A stretch of DNA of 64,000 nucleotides, taken from positions 1-64,000 of the IMG/VR virus record IMGVR_UViG_3300028394_000044. The stretch is one strand, 5' to 3'. Each line of letters starts with the position of its first letter. Position 1 is the first letter of the stretch. Positions 1 through 10,215 of the stretch are shown in pieces. Source of the DNA: a virus. A program made the position numbers and the translations under genes. The notes under the pieces are model-generated. The model was not told the DNA's origin. It saw only the letters and a program-made list of their open reading frames with translations, and made no database searches.

Positions 1-2
1 TG

Positions 3-3000
3 AATATTACAACTTTTCCTAGTTTAGATATTCATTCCGTTCCACACACATCAATTAACACCTCAACAACAACGACATATAATTCCACCAAAATTGGTAC
101 ATTAAATGCCAATATGATGCGGTATAATGATTCTACTAATTCTGCTAATGGAACAACCCATACATTTTCTGTTAATGTATTTGGTGCAAATACTTCACCC
201 ATTACGGGAACTGTTCCTACAGGATCAACAAATACAGTAATAAAATTGCCAGCAGGATTCTCAACTGTTGCAGGAGCAAATGCCTATGCAAATATGTTCT
301 TCAGAATTACTTCCGGTACTTTAAGTGCTGATGGTCCTATTACAATTTCTTCATCAAGTTCTACAGCAAATACAGTTACATTATCCACAAATCTGTCCGC
401 TATTCCTAGTGCAGCAAATGGTAATACATTCTCTATCGAATCGAGTTTGGGAAATGCAGAATCATTAGTTTCAAGTGATGGCACTTTCTTAGCATTTGCT
501 GGTAATATTAATACCGAATCTAAAGATGCTGCCACAGGTTTTGTTAGTATCAATGAACCAAAACGAAACTCATTACTATTTAATGTTCCTTATGAAGCTA
601 TTAGAATTGGAACAATTAATAATATGGATTTGTATGCCCGAAAGTCATACTTAAACCGTACAACTGATGCTGGCGGTTCCATTACAATTAATTCTGGTGG
701 TACAGATACATTTGCATTCTCAGGTTCTCCTGGTGTTCTTTCTGATCCATTAATTTTGAACAATATCATTTGTTTCGTTCGTAGCGGAACTGCAAGCAAT
801 ACTCAATATGGCATTTATGCTAATACAGTACTTAGCTTGGCAAATAATAATTACACAGTAACTGCTGTTTCTCCAACCCAGTTTACGGTTAATTTGGTAG
901 TTCCTGGTGTATCCGTTGATTTATTAATTACGACAAAGGTAAATAATGCGGAAAATGGTTCAACAGGTTCCACTAGAGGCAAACAACTTATTCCATTGAG
1001 TGATGCTACACATTTAGCTGTACCATATGAAATGGGTGGATTGAATACTTTGCCTAGTTCCAATACAACTGGTGCAGTTACAACATTTTCTGGAGGTAAA
1101 GTATTTACTTCCGTTGGTGCAACCAATTTTACTGAAGCGTCTATATTGACAGATTTACGTACACCTGGTAAAGTTGTAAGTTTACAAATACCTGATGTTT
1201 ACGAAATTATTGGCATTTATGATTCTAAGAGTCCTGTTGCTAACGTATCGACTGCTATGATTGGTGACTCTTCATATGATATTACAGACAGTTATGAATT
1301 TGATAACGGACAACGTAAAACTCATTATGACCACGCAACTCTTAAATTAAAACGTGGGTATTCAGCTCCTCGTGGAACTTTATTTGTTCAATACAAATAT
1401 TTAAAACACATTTCGTCTCCTGCTACAGGTGGTAATGGACTATTTACTTTAGATTCATACTTACAAGCTGGTTCAAATTTCTCATATTCACAAATTTCAA
1501 AATTTAATAATAGTGAAGATAATAGACTAGTTTCTTTACGTTCAGCATTTGATTTTAGACCAACTCGTAGTATTGGTGCAACCTCACTTTATGGTGCATT
1601 AAATCCAGAACCACTAGAAACGGTTAAAACAAATTTTGATTATTATTTGGCACGCATTGACCAAGTTGTAATTAAATCCTCAAAAGAAATTTCTATCGTT
1701 ACTGGACAATCGGATATTCAACCAACCGTTCCTCCAGTAGACGCAAAAGATATGTTGATTTATACTTTGTATATTCCACCATATACAGAAACCGTAAAAG
1801 AGGTTCGTGCAGATTTTAAAAATCATCGCCGTTACACGATGGAAGATATTCAATCCTTTGATGATAGAATTCGTGGATTGGAATATTACGTTTCATTGAA
1901 TACACTGGAGAAAGATGCAGCATCAACTAAAATTTTGGATGCTAATGGACTTGAGCGTTCAAAATATGGTATCCTTGTAGACAATTTTACATCTAAAGAT
2001 TTTCAAGCAACTCGCGGAGATGTTGGTACAGATAATCGCAACTTGATTGATAATGGTGTTTTACAGCCAGCAACACTAATGAATACTGTAAAATTGATTC
2101 CTCGGGCTAACGGTACAACAGGATCAGCATATACAGCGGGTTCAGGTACCAAAAAAGTCATGATGATTTCTTACACTTCAACGAAAATTATTGAGCAGCC
2201 TTATGCTACAAAATCAATAGCTATCGCAAATGCACAGTTTGCCAATTTCCGCGGTAAAATGAAATTATTTCCTGAATTTACAGGAGATGTTGATACTGGT
2301 TATGTTAGTAAAGTGACATTGAATTCAACACAAGGTCTTACAAATGCGTTCAATTTTGTAAACGATGCATTCAAATATATTTCAGATAATACTCCTAAGT
2401 GGAGAGATGATAAAAATAGTCCGTTTGCTCAAATTGCTGATGCTCAATGGTATAAAACTGTAAGAGAAGCCGCAGGAAATCCATATTCGGTACAAATAGA
2501 TCAACGTACTGTTGGTGTTTATCAAGCATACAATGATAACACATACATCTCAAAAGGTGCTCAATTAAAAGAAAAAGGAATTGCAACTTCTTCTTCACAG
2601 GTAACGGTTGGTAGTTTTGTTACTGATTTGGCAATTCAACCATATATGAAGCCTAGACAGATTTTGTTTATCGCTCAAGGTCTACGTCCTAAGACAGTAA
2701 CATACTCGTTTTTTGATGATACTGATGTGAACAAATATGTTGTTGTACCCAACAAAGTTACATTAAATGCCAACACACAATTGATTTCAAGTGAAGCAAT
2801 TCTTATTGCAAATACGATTTCAGATTTGACTGCTAACTTATCAAGTTTAATAAGCGGAAATACCTCTTATGATGCTGCATTTGTTGTAGTAAGCGAAACA
2901 GGTTCAGCTAATGTTTCTATAATTAACGAAACAGGAAAACCTTTAACTAACAAATATGTTTATGGTTTAGATAGTGGTAAGTTTTTTAGAATTTCAACTG

Positions 3001-5072
3001 TAGAAGAACATCATTCTGGTATAGGTTCTATTTCAGGATCAACTATTGTTTTACAACAAGACGCATCTTCAGTCAATAGTTATTACAATGGAAACACAAT
3101 AACTCTCGTTCGCACAACAAGCACAGAAGAAGGCATTGGTTACCAAGGAACAATTTCTGGTTATGTCGGCGCTACACGAACTGCTACATTTACAACAATT
3201 GCTTCTGTACCTAAAGTCTTACAGCCAGTTGGAACTAAAGTAACATACACTATTGGTGAAAATAAAACTAACAAACTTGGACAAGTTGGTGGTGCATTCT
3301 ATATGCCACCAGCTACATTCCGTTCAGGTCAAAGAACTTTCCGTCAAACAGAATCGTTCAATAATACCTATGATGCGGATGCTATTTCTTTCACCGATAA
3401 AATTTATACCTCATCAGGTATAACAGAAAATAAAACTACTCTGGTAGATACTGTTTTCAACATTGATGTTAATTACCAAGTCATTGGAACCTTAACAGCC
3501 GATAGATTGATGGGTTCTACACCTGCTGGCGTAAAACTGTTACAAACATACAACGTTGATCCTTTGGCTCAAACTTTCTACATTGATGAAGCAGTTTATC
3601 CATTGGGTATTTTCTTAGAGAGTATGAATTTATTCTTTAAAGCAAAAGATGGAAATAACATTCCAGTAACTGTGCAGATTCGTCCAACAGTTAATGGATT
3701 CCCTTCTTCAGATTTCTGGTACCCAGAATCTGTTATAACAAAATATCCTTCCGAAATTAACGTTTCTGAAAATCCTTCAGTAACAGATAGTACAACAGCA
3801 ACAAACTTCAAATTTGATGTTCCTGTTTATTTGAAACCTGGTTTGTATGCCTTTATTGTTATTTCAGATTCACCAGAAAACATTCTTTGGGAAGCTGAAA
3901 AAGGTGGAACTACTAAGAATAATGAATATGTCGATAAACAACCATATTCAGGAACTCTGTATAAATCTCAGAATGCTATGGAATTTTCTCCATTCATTAA
4001 TGAAGATTTGATGTTTACTCTGAATCGTTGTTTGTTTAGTAAAGAACTTGCAGTACATTTATTACAGAATGAAAAGTTAAACTATTCTTACAATGTAGAT
4101 AAGTTACGTTTGATTGAGACTTCTATTATTCCTTCAAATAAAGAAATTTCATTTACTCGTTATGTACAGTTAACAACAAGTGATGGTGTTAAAGAAACAC
4201 TTTCTAGATCAATTTCTCCAGGTGTTACCTATGGTTTTGGTGATGATAGTTATTATGCTGTTGGTTACCGTAGAAAATCTATGCAAGCACAAAATGACTT
4301 TACTCTCAGAATGGAAATGCTAACAACAAATGATGCGATTTCTCCAATTGTTTCATTGGAAGGTGCAAGCATTAATGTTTGGGAAAATTTCTTAGATAAT
4401 GCAGAAATTAATTCTGAAGATTTTACCATTGTAGCAGGCGGCTCTGGTTATACAAATGCAAACTCTATCATCATTACTAGCTCAACTGGCACTGGTGCTA
4501 CTGCAAATGTTAATGTTGATGCTAATGGTAACGTAGTTGGAATTTATGTATCTGCTGTTGGCTCTGGCTACTTAGACGATTTTAGTGTTTCATATCCAAG
4601 GGTTGGAAGTTCTTCTACAGTTACATCGAATGCAAATATTGTATTGAATAGTGAATATGATTCTTCGGGTGGTCCTTGTCTAGCACGATACATTACTAAA
4701 CCAATTTCTTTAGCTGATGGATATGATGCTGGTGATATGAGAGTATTCTTGAGTGCTAATAAGCCTGGAGTTTCTGAAGTTTCTGTTTATTACAAAATGC
4801 TTTCAGCAAGTGATTCTACTTTGTTTGTTGATCGTCCATACCAAAAAATGGTATGTATTAATCCAACAACTACAGCATCATTAGATGGAACATATCGTGA
4901 ATATGAATATCGTCCTTCTGCTATTTTCAATTCAATTTCATATACAGCAACAAATGGTGTTACATTTAATACATTTAAAACTTTCTCAATTAAAATTGTT
5001 ATAACATCAAGTGATCCATCAGTTGTTCCTACGGTCAGAGATTTACGTGTTATTGCAACGCCCGCAGGATGA
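3..5072 (+). CDS. Giant virion structural protein, VrlC/DUF4815-like (baseplate-associated), 5'-truncated by window edge
   Basis: Frame is open from position 3 (ORF track starts at first Met, 114). Contains RYTMEDI..FDDRIRGLEYYVSL and C-terminal DPLAQTF.../KTFSIKIV..SSDPS.VP.VRDLRVIA motifs typical of the large structural protein of T4-like cyano/freshwater myophages. Confidence 0.75.
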   Translation, partial: NITTFPSLDIHSVPHTSINTSTTTTYNSTKIGTLNANMMRYNDSTNSANGTTHTFSVNVFGANTSPITGTVPTGSTNTVIKLPAGFSTVAGANAYANMFFRITSGTLSADGPITISSSSSTANTVTLSTNLSAIPSAANGNTFSIESSLGNAESLVSSDGTFLAFAGNINTESKDAATGFVSINEPKRNSLLFNVPYEAIRIGTINNMDLYARKSYLNRTTDAGGSITINSGGTDTFAFSGSPGVLSDPLILNNIICFVRSGTASNTQYGIYANTVLSLANNNYTVTAVSPTQFTVNLVVPGVSVDLLITTKVNNAENGSTGSTRGKQLIPLSDATHLAVPYEMGGLNTLPSSNTTGAVTTFSGGKVFTSVGATNFTEASILTDLRTPGKVVSLQIPDVYEIIGIYDSKSPVANVSTAMIGDSSYDITDSYEFDNGQRKTHYDHATLKLKRGYSAPRGTLFVQYKYLKHISSPATGGNGLFTLDSYLQAGSNFSYSQISKFNNSEDNRLVSLRSAFDFRPTRSIGATSLYGALNPEPLETVKTNFDYYLARIDQVVIKSSKEISIVTGQSDIQPTVPPVDAKDMLIYTLYIPPYTETVKEVRADFKNHRRYTMEDIQSFDDRIRGLEYYVSLNTLEKDAASTKILDANGLERSKYGILVDNFTSKDFQATRGDVGTDNRNLIDNGVLQPATLMNTVKLIPRANGTTGSAYTAGSGTKKVMMISYTSTKIIEQPYATKSIAIANAQFANFRGKMKLFPEFTGDVDTGYVSKVTLNSTQGLTNAFNFVNDAFKYISDNTPKWRDDKNSPFAQIADAQWYKTVREAAGNPYSVQIDQRTVGVYQAYNDNTYISKGAQLKEKGIATSSSQVTVGSFVTDLAIQPYMKPRQILFIAQGLRPKTVTYSFFDDTDVNKYVVVPNKVTLNANTQLISSEAILIANTISDLTANLSSLISGNTSYDAAFVVVSETGSANVSIINETGKPLTNKYVYGLDSGKFFRISTVEEHHSGIGSISGSTIVLQQDASSVNSYYNGNTITLVRTTSTEEGIGYQGTISGYVGATRTATFTTIASVPKVLQPVGTKVTYTIGENKTNKLGQVGGAFYMPPATFRSGQRTFRQTESFNNTYDADAISFTDKIYTSSGITENKTTLVDTVFNIDVNYQVIGTLTADRLMGSTPAGVKLLQTYNVDPLAQTFYIDEAVYPLGIFLESMNLFFKAKDGNNIPVTVQIRPTVNGFPSSDFWYPESVITKYPSEINVSENPSVTDSTTATNFKFDVPVYLKPGLYAFIVISDSPENILWEAEKGGTTKNNEYVDKQPYSGTLYKSQNAMEFSPFINEDLMFTLNRCLFSKELAVHLLQNEKLNYSYNVDKLRLIETSIIPSNKEISFTRYVQLTTSDGVKETLSRSISPGVTYGFGDDSYYAVGYRRKSMQAQNDFTLRMEMLTTNDAISPIVSLEGASINVWENFLDNAEINSEDFTIVAGGSGYTNANSIIITSSTGTGATANVNVDANGNVVGIYVSAVGSGYLDDFSVSYPRVGSSSTVTSNANIVLNSEYDSSGGPCLARYITKPISLADGYDAGDMRVFLSANKPGVSEVSVYYKMLSASDSTLFVDRPYQKMVCINPTTTASLDGTYREYEYRPSAIFNSISYTATNGVTFNTFKTFSIKIVITSSDPSVVPTVRDLRVIATPAG

Positions 5073-5305
5073 GTATGTTATTAAAAGTTGAAGGTACTAA
5101 TTTTGTAAAAGATACCAACACCAATGCCCTATTAATGACTGGGCGTGGTGCTTTATTGGAAAATGAAGCTAGAAAAAAGTTGGGTGAAAGAATAAATGGC
5201 AAAAATGAAGACATAAATAACCTAAAGACGCAGGTGAACGATTTATCCGCCGACATGGCAGAAATAAAAAATCTACTATCTGCTTTGTTGAAACAGAGTA
5301 AATAA
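5069..5305 (+). CDS. Small conserved protein that follows the VrlC-like gene (C-terminal coiled coil)
   Basis: ATGA overlap with upstream gene; KVEGTNFVKD..TNAL motif plus heptad C-terminus. Confidence 0.6.
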   Translation: MSMLLKVEGTNFVKDTNTNALLMTGRGALLENEARKKLGERINGKNEDINNLKTQVNDLSADMAEIKNLLSALLKQSK

Positions 5306-5307
5306 GA

Positions 5308-8300
5308 ATGTCAATTTCAAACATCACAAGAACAAACACAATTGACGAATGGCGTATACAAACGAACCTATCGGCTAATAGTCTTAATACAATTGAGACT
5401 GGAGTTTATAACAAAACTTCGGGTACATTAGCTATTGGCTCAAATGCTTCGCTACAAGTTTCGAATACAGCACTTTTCTCTACCGATATTACTGTTGCTA
5501 GAGATATTTCTGTTGGTACAGCAGGTATAGCAAAAGGTAATATTGGTGTTGGTGGTGTTGTTTCAATTTATGGACCAGGAAATGGTCTGATTGTAGCCAA
5601 CAATATTACTTCTAATGGAAGTGTTATTGTTAAGAACACGATTCTAGCCAACAATGTAACAGTCAATTCAAATGCAGTTGTTGTCGGTACAACTACTAGC
5701 GGATATTTAATTGTTAATAATAATGCAACAATCGGATCAAATGCAACGGTTGTTGGTACTGCAAATATAGGTTTCTTGGGTGTAGCTAATACTGGTGTCT
5801 TTGGTAAATCAGTTTCTATCGGCGAAAATTTAAATGTTACTGGTAATTCTTATGTCACCGGAACTTCTTATGTAACAGGGAACACTTTTTTAAATGGTAT
5901 TCTGACAGTTGAACAAAATATCACCACTAACGGAAGCTCCATTGTTAAGAACACCTTAACTGCAAACAACATTACAGTTAATTCAAACGTTGTCGTTGTT
6001 GGTACAACTACTAGCGGGTATTTAATTGTTAATAACAATGCAACAATCAGTTCAAATGCAACAGTTATTGGTACAACAAACACAGGATTTTTAGGTGTCG
6101 TTAATACTGGCGTATTCGGCAAATCAGTTTCTATTGGTGAAAATTTAAACGTTACTGGCAATTCTTCTGTTACAGGTACTTCTTCCGTAACTGGAAATAC
6201 TTTTTTGAGTGGAATTTTAAACGTTGAACAGAATATTACGACCAACGGAAGTTCTGTTGTTAAGAACACTTTAACTGCAAATAACATTACAGTTAATTCT
6301 AATGTTGTTGTGGTAGGTACAACAAATACAGGTTTCTTAGGTGTCGCTAATACTGCAAACTTTGGACAATCTGTTACTGTTGGTACAAATTTAACGGTTA
6401 GTGGAAATGCATCATTAACAAATGCGACAGTATCAGGCACTCTTACAACAAAAGATTCTTCTTTAACGGGTAATCTTTCTGTCTCAGGTAATGCATCAGT
6501 AACAAATAAACTAACAGTAACAGGTGATATTCAAACTCTATCAAACTCAAAAGTTAATGGTAATCTTAACGTTGATGGAGATACCAATCTTGTTGGTAAT
6601 TTGGGTGTTACAGGTAACTTTACTTTAACTGGACTTACAGTTTTAGACACTGATAAATTTATTATTGGCTCAACTACTCCAATCACTATAGGTAATGCTT
6701 ATCTTGGTGTTTACAGAGGCAACACAACCGGCATCTTAGGTACAGCTAATGCTAACGCATATATTCGTTGGGCAGGTACGGCTAAAGAATGGCAAGTTCG
6801 TGATGTTGACAATACCGACATCAATACAAGTTTCTCTAAAATACTTACTGCTAATCTGATTACAATCAGTACAGCAACTACAAGCAACACAACTTTCCCA
6901 AGTTCATGGTTAATGAAGAACTATGTGGATAATGCTAATACTAGCATGAAGAGTTATGTTGACAATAATGCTATTGCTGTTGCTGCCGCAAACACTGGTG
7001 CAGGTTTAATTTCTGTTACATCTGCTTACCAAGCAAATGTTGGTGCGGTCAACATTGGACTCAACAACGAGATTAGTAACCGTCAAGCTAACGTTGGTTC
7101 AGCAGTTATCACTTTAACATCTGGTTATCAAGCAAACGTAGGTGCCGCACGAATTGCTGACCAATTAACTTCACAAGCAAACGTTGGTGCTGGTCTTATT
7201 GCCACAACAAACGCATATCAAGCAAACGTTGGTGCAGTTAACATTGCTCTTAACTCTGAGATTACAAACCGCCAAGCAAACGTTGGTGCCGCTGTAATAA
7301 CTGCCGCTAGTGCTACAAGTACAGCTAATACTAATTTGAAAAATTATGTTGATACGGCTATCACTACAACAACTTCAGCTTATCAAGCAAACGTTGGTGC
7401 TGGTCTAATTTCAACAACTTCTGCTGTTACTTCAGCATACCAAGCTAACACTGGTGCAGCATTAATTACTGCCACTGTTGCTACAAGTACTGCCAATACC
7501 AACCTGAAAAATTATGTTGATACTGCGATTAATACAACAACTTCTGCTGTCACTTCAGCATACCAAGCTAACACTGGTGCAGCATTAATTACTGCCACTG
7601 TTGCTACAAGTACTGCCAATACCAACCTGAAAAATTATGTTGATACTGCGATTAATACAACAACTTCTGGTTATCAAGCTAATACTGGTGCTGTAAATAT
7701 TGGACTAAACTCTGAAATTACTAATCGCCAAGCTAACGTTGGTGCAGGTTTAATTGCAACAACTTCTGCTGTCACTTCAGCATACCAAGCTAACGTTGGT
7801 GCAGGTTTAATTTCTACAAGCTCTACACTCACTTCTGGTTACCAAGCTAACTCTGGTGCAGCCTTGATTAGTGCTAAAAGTTATTATACAGGTTCTTCAC
7901 CTATTTCGGTTAGCTCAGGTGCAATTTCAATTCAAGCCGCCACATCCGGTCAAAACGGCTATATGTCTTCAACATATGCCAGTAAATTGGATGGTATTGC
8001 CTCTGGTGCAACAAACGTTACCAATACAAATCAGTTGACAAATGGTGCAGCATTTATTACAGCAGGTTCAACAACTACAGGCACACACAGTGGTTTAGTT
8101 ACTGGACCTGTTAGAAACATAATTTCAGTTATTGGAACAAATACAACTGCTATTGCTGGTTATTCTTATATTTTAACTGCATCATTGACACTAACATTAC
8201 CTCTTTCACCTACACCAGGAGATTCTATCGTTATAGTCAATACTTCAGGTACAGCAACGCCAGTCGTTGCACGTAACAGCGAAAACATAATGTCCATTGC

Positions 8301-8385
8301 AGAAGATATGACTATAAATACTGTTGGTGCTTCATTCACTCTTACCTACGCTGATGCGACACGCGGCTGGGTAATTATTTTTTAA
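5308..8385 (+). CDS. Long tail fibre/whisker-like protein (beta-helical repeats, Ala/Asn coiled coil, T4 gp34-N-like C-terminal domain)
   Basis: N-terminal TIDEWRIQTN virion-attachment motif; 105-aa beta-rich repeats; YQANxGA repeats; C-terminal LTLPLSPTPGDSIVIVN..VARNSENIM..TLTYADATRGWV. Confidence 0.7.
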   Translation: MSISNITRTNTIDEWRIQTNLSANSLNTIETGVYNKTSGTLAIGSNASLQVSNTALFSTDITVARDISVGTAGIAKGNIGVGGVVSIYGPGNGLIVANNITSNGSVIVKNTILANNVTVNSNAVVVGTTTSGYLIVNNNATIGSNATVVGTANIGFLGVANTGVFGKSVSIGENLNVTGNSYVTGTSYVTGNTFLNGILTVEQNITTNGSSIVKNTLTANNITVNSNVVVVGTTTSGYLIVNNNATISSNATVIGTTNTGFLGVVNTGVFGKSVSIGENLNVTGNSSVTGTSSVTGNTFLSGILNVEQNITTNGSSVVKNTLTANNITVNSNVVVVGTTNTGFLGVANTANFGQSVTVGTNLTVSGNASLTNATVSGTLTTKDSSLTGNLSVSGNASVTNKLTVTGDIQTLSNSKVNGNLNVDGDTNLVGNLGVTGNFTLTGLTVLDTDKFIIGSTTPITIGNAYLGVYRGNTTGILGTANANAYIRWAGTAKEWQVRDVDNTDINTSFSKILTANLITISTATTSNTTFPSSWLMKNYVDNANTSMKSYVDNNAIAVAAANTGAGLISVTSAYQANVGAVNIGLNNEISNRQANVGSAVITLTSGYQANVGAARIADQLTSQANVGAGLIATTNAYQANVGAVNIALNSEITNRQANVGAAVITAASATSTANTNLKNYVDTAITTTTSAYQANVGAGLISTTSAVTSAYQANTGAALITATVATSTANTNLKNYVDTAINTTTSAVTSAYQANTGAALITATVATSTANTNLKNYVDTAINTTTSGYQANTGAVNIGLNSEITNRQANVGAGLIATTSAVTSAYQANVGAGLISTSSTLTSGYQANSGAALISAKSYYTGSSPISVSSGAISIQAATSGQNGYMSSTYASKLDGIASGATNVTNTNQLTNGAAFITAGSTTTGTHSGLVTGPVRNIISVIGTNTTAIAGYSYILTASLTLTLPLSPTPGDSIVIVNTSGTATPVVARNSENIMSIAEDMTINTVGASFTLTYADATRGWVIIF
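5602..6360 (+). repeat. In-frame 315-bp (105-aa) tandem duplication, about 2.4 copies
   Basis: NIT(S/T)NGS..VKNT starts at 5602, 5917 and 6232 (315-bp spacing). Confidence 0.85.
7415..7669 (+). repeat. Near-exact 123-bp (41-aa) tandem duplication
   Basis: caagctaacactggtgcagcattaattactgccactgttgc... at 7441 and 7564; TTSAVTSAYQANTGAALITATVATSTANTNLKNYVDTAIN twice. Confidence 0.9.
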
Positions 8386-8398
8386 TATTGATATTTTT

Positions 8399-8851
8399 AT
8401 GATTAAAATTCCAAATCCAGAAGAGATAGAATCACAAACTTTAGAGCAAACGCTTCAGTATGCTAAGTATCAACAACCTTGGTTAGTTTATCGTGATGAA
8501 AATAAATTTTATGTTAACTCCGGTGATGAATATGCCTACGAATATGTAGAGCATGAACAAAGTTACTATGTTGATACTAACATGCAAAAAGGCATGTTGG
8601 TTTTACCACCAAATCCAAGAGATGGATTTAAAATTATTGTGAGTGACTATTTTGGTAGTTGGATATATCATCCACTCATAATTCATCGTAACGGAAAATC
8701 AATCATGGGGTTTGATGAGCACATGACATGTGACGTACCAAATATGATTTTTGGTTTAATATATACCAATACAAGAGTTGGATGGGTTGTAACACAGAAT
8801 CTTACAACCAATGAACTTTCAAATAAGGTCAAGAAAGGACCATTTCAATGA
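8399..8851 (+). CDS. Stand-alone paralogue of the C-terminal domain of the upstream fibre
   Basis: LVLPPNPRDGFKIIVSD..IHRNGKSIMGFDEHMTCD..GLIYTNTRVGWVV aligns by eye with the C-terminus of 5308..8385. Confidence 0.6.
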   Translation: MIKIPNPEEIESQTLEQTLQYAKYQQPWLVYRDENKFYVNSGDEYAYEYVEHEQSYYVDTNMQKGMLVLPPNPRDGFKIIVSDYFGSWIYHPLIIHRNGKSIMGFDEHMTCDVPNMIFGLIYTNTRVGWVVTQNLTTNELSNKVKKGPFQ

Positions 8852-9627
8852 GTAGTTTATCTTCATTTATTGCCGCCGCAGGTGGAGGTGGTGGCAAATT
8901 AAAATACCAAGAATTTACTGCATCTGGTACATTCACTCCTTCTGCAACTCTAGTTACCAACGGAGGTCAAGTTTGGGTTCAACTTGTATCTGGAGGAGGC
9001 TCTGGTGGTGGTGGATATACTGACAACGATACCTACGCTTTCTACGGTGGCGCTGGCGGTGGTGGTGGTATGAAAATAAGTCCATTTACAGCGACTTCAG
9101 CACAAAGTGTAACCATTGGTGCCGGCGGGACGGGAGTTGCCGGGGGGACGTACCCCGGTACCACAGGTAATCAAGGAGGAACTTCTTCATTTGGAAGTTT
9201 TTCAATTATTGGCGGTGGTCCGGCTGCCGCCGCCTTCTCCGCCTTTACTACTATGTCTGGGGCGTGTGGTGGAAGTATCGCATCTCAGAGTTATGCGGCT
9301 GGAGGTGGTGGAGGCATGGGTGGAAGCGCAAGTGGTGGTGGTGGAGGTCCTGGAAGTATTGGTAGTGCGGGAAATGGCCCTCCAGTTAACTCCGGCTCAT
9401 CCCAAGGAATAATTGGTGCACTTGGATTTGCAGGAGGCGGTGGCGGTGGCGGTGGTGGTACAGGATCTTCTGGTGGTGGCAATAGCGGCGTTTACCCCAG
9501 TAGCGTTGGCGGCAGTGCAGCAACTGTAAACACAGGTAGTGGCGGTGGTGGCGGAGCGGTTGGAATTTCGGGTGGTGGCGGTGGTGCTGGCGGTTCAGGC
9601 TTTTGTCGCGTGTGGTGGTTTGAATAA
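8848..9627 (+). CDS. Glycine-rich (polyglycine) virion/adhesin-like protein
   Basis: EFTASGTFT..VWVQLVSGGGSGG..GGGGG repeats ending GGSGFCRVWW; SD AAGGA upstream. Confidence 0.65.
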   Translation: MSSLSSFIAAAGGGGGKLKYQEFTASGTFTPSATLVTNGGQVWVQLVSGGGSGGGGYTDNDTYAFYGGAGGGGGMKISPFTATSAQSVTIGAGGTGVAGGTYPGTTGNQGGTSSFGSFSIIGGGPAAAAFSAFTTMSGACGGSIASQSYAAGGGGGMGGSASGGGGGPGSIGSAGNGPPVNSGSSQGIIGALGFAGGGGGGGGGTGSSGGGNSGVYPSSVGGSAATVNTGSGGGGGAVGISGGGGGAGGSGFCRVWWFE

Positions 9628-9636
9628 GGAAATAAA

Positions 9637-10122
9637 ATGCAATATGCACTCATTAAAAATAACGTAGTTGAAAACATTGCAGTGGGCGATGAAGATTGGG
9701 CGACTGCTATTGCTTCTGATTGGCAATTTGTAGTTGACGTAACTGATATGGTTTCATCGCCTGGACTTAACTGGACTTACAATGGAAGCACATTTACTGC
9801 ACCCGTTTATATTCCTGATCCAATAGTTCCAGTAGATATTAATTGGAAAATTACAAAATTTGCATTTCGTTCTCGTTTCACCTTATCCGAAAAAGTAGCT
9901 ATAGAACTAGCTTCTTTAGATAATCCAACAGGAACTCAAGAACAACGCACCAGATCCGCAATGGTAAGAACTATACAAAAAGATGTAGATGCTGCAACAT
10001 ACATCGATTTAAAAAATCAAGATACTCGAACTGGTGTTCAAGCACTAGAGACCGCAGGTCTAATTTCTGTGGGACGTTCTAATCAGATTTTAAATGTTGA
10101 ACCAACTATAAATGAAAATTGA
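9637..10122 (+). CDS. Fibre-associated partner/assembly protein
   Basis: MQYALIKNNVVENIAV..WTYNGSTFTAP and ITKFAFRSRFT..E motifs; follows a Gly-rich gene; SD AAGGA. Confidence 0.55.
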   Translation: MQYALIKNNVVENIAVGDEDWATAIASDWQFVVDVTDMVSSPGLNWTYNGSTFTAPVYIPDPIVPVDINWKITKFAFRSRFTLSEKVAIELASLDNPTGTQEQRTRSAMVRTIQKDVDAATYIDLKNQDTRTGVQALETAGLISVGRSNQILNVEPTINEN

Positions 10123-10186
10123 CAACAAATATAATTTTTAGTTCTTTATTTGTTAGTTGATTTGTGGATTACTAACTCTCCAAAGA

Positions 10187-10194
10187 ACTAAATA
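10187..10194 (+). promoter_or_regulatory. Late promoter variant ACTAAATA
   Basis: Resembles T4 late TATAAATA; lies ~20 nt upstream of the TTG start at 10216. Confidence 0.45.
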
Positions 10195-10215
10195 GTTGAA
10201 TTAAGGAAATAAGTT

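Noticed and set aside
8990-9620. High-GC island as horizontal transfer
   Set aside because: Largely explained by the polyglycine (GGN) amino-acid composition
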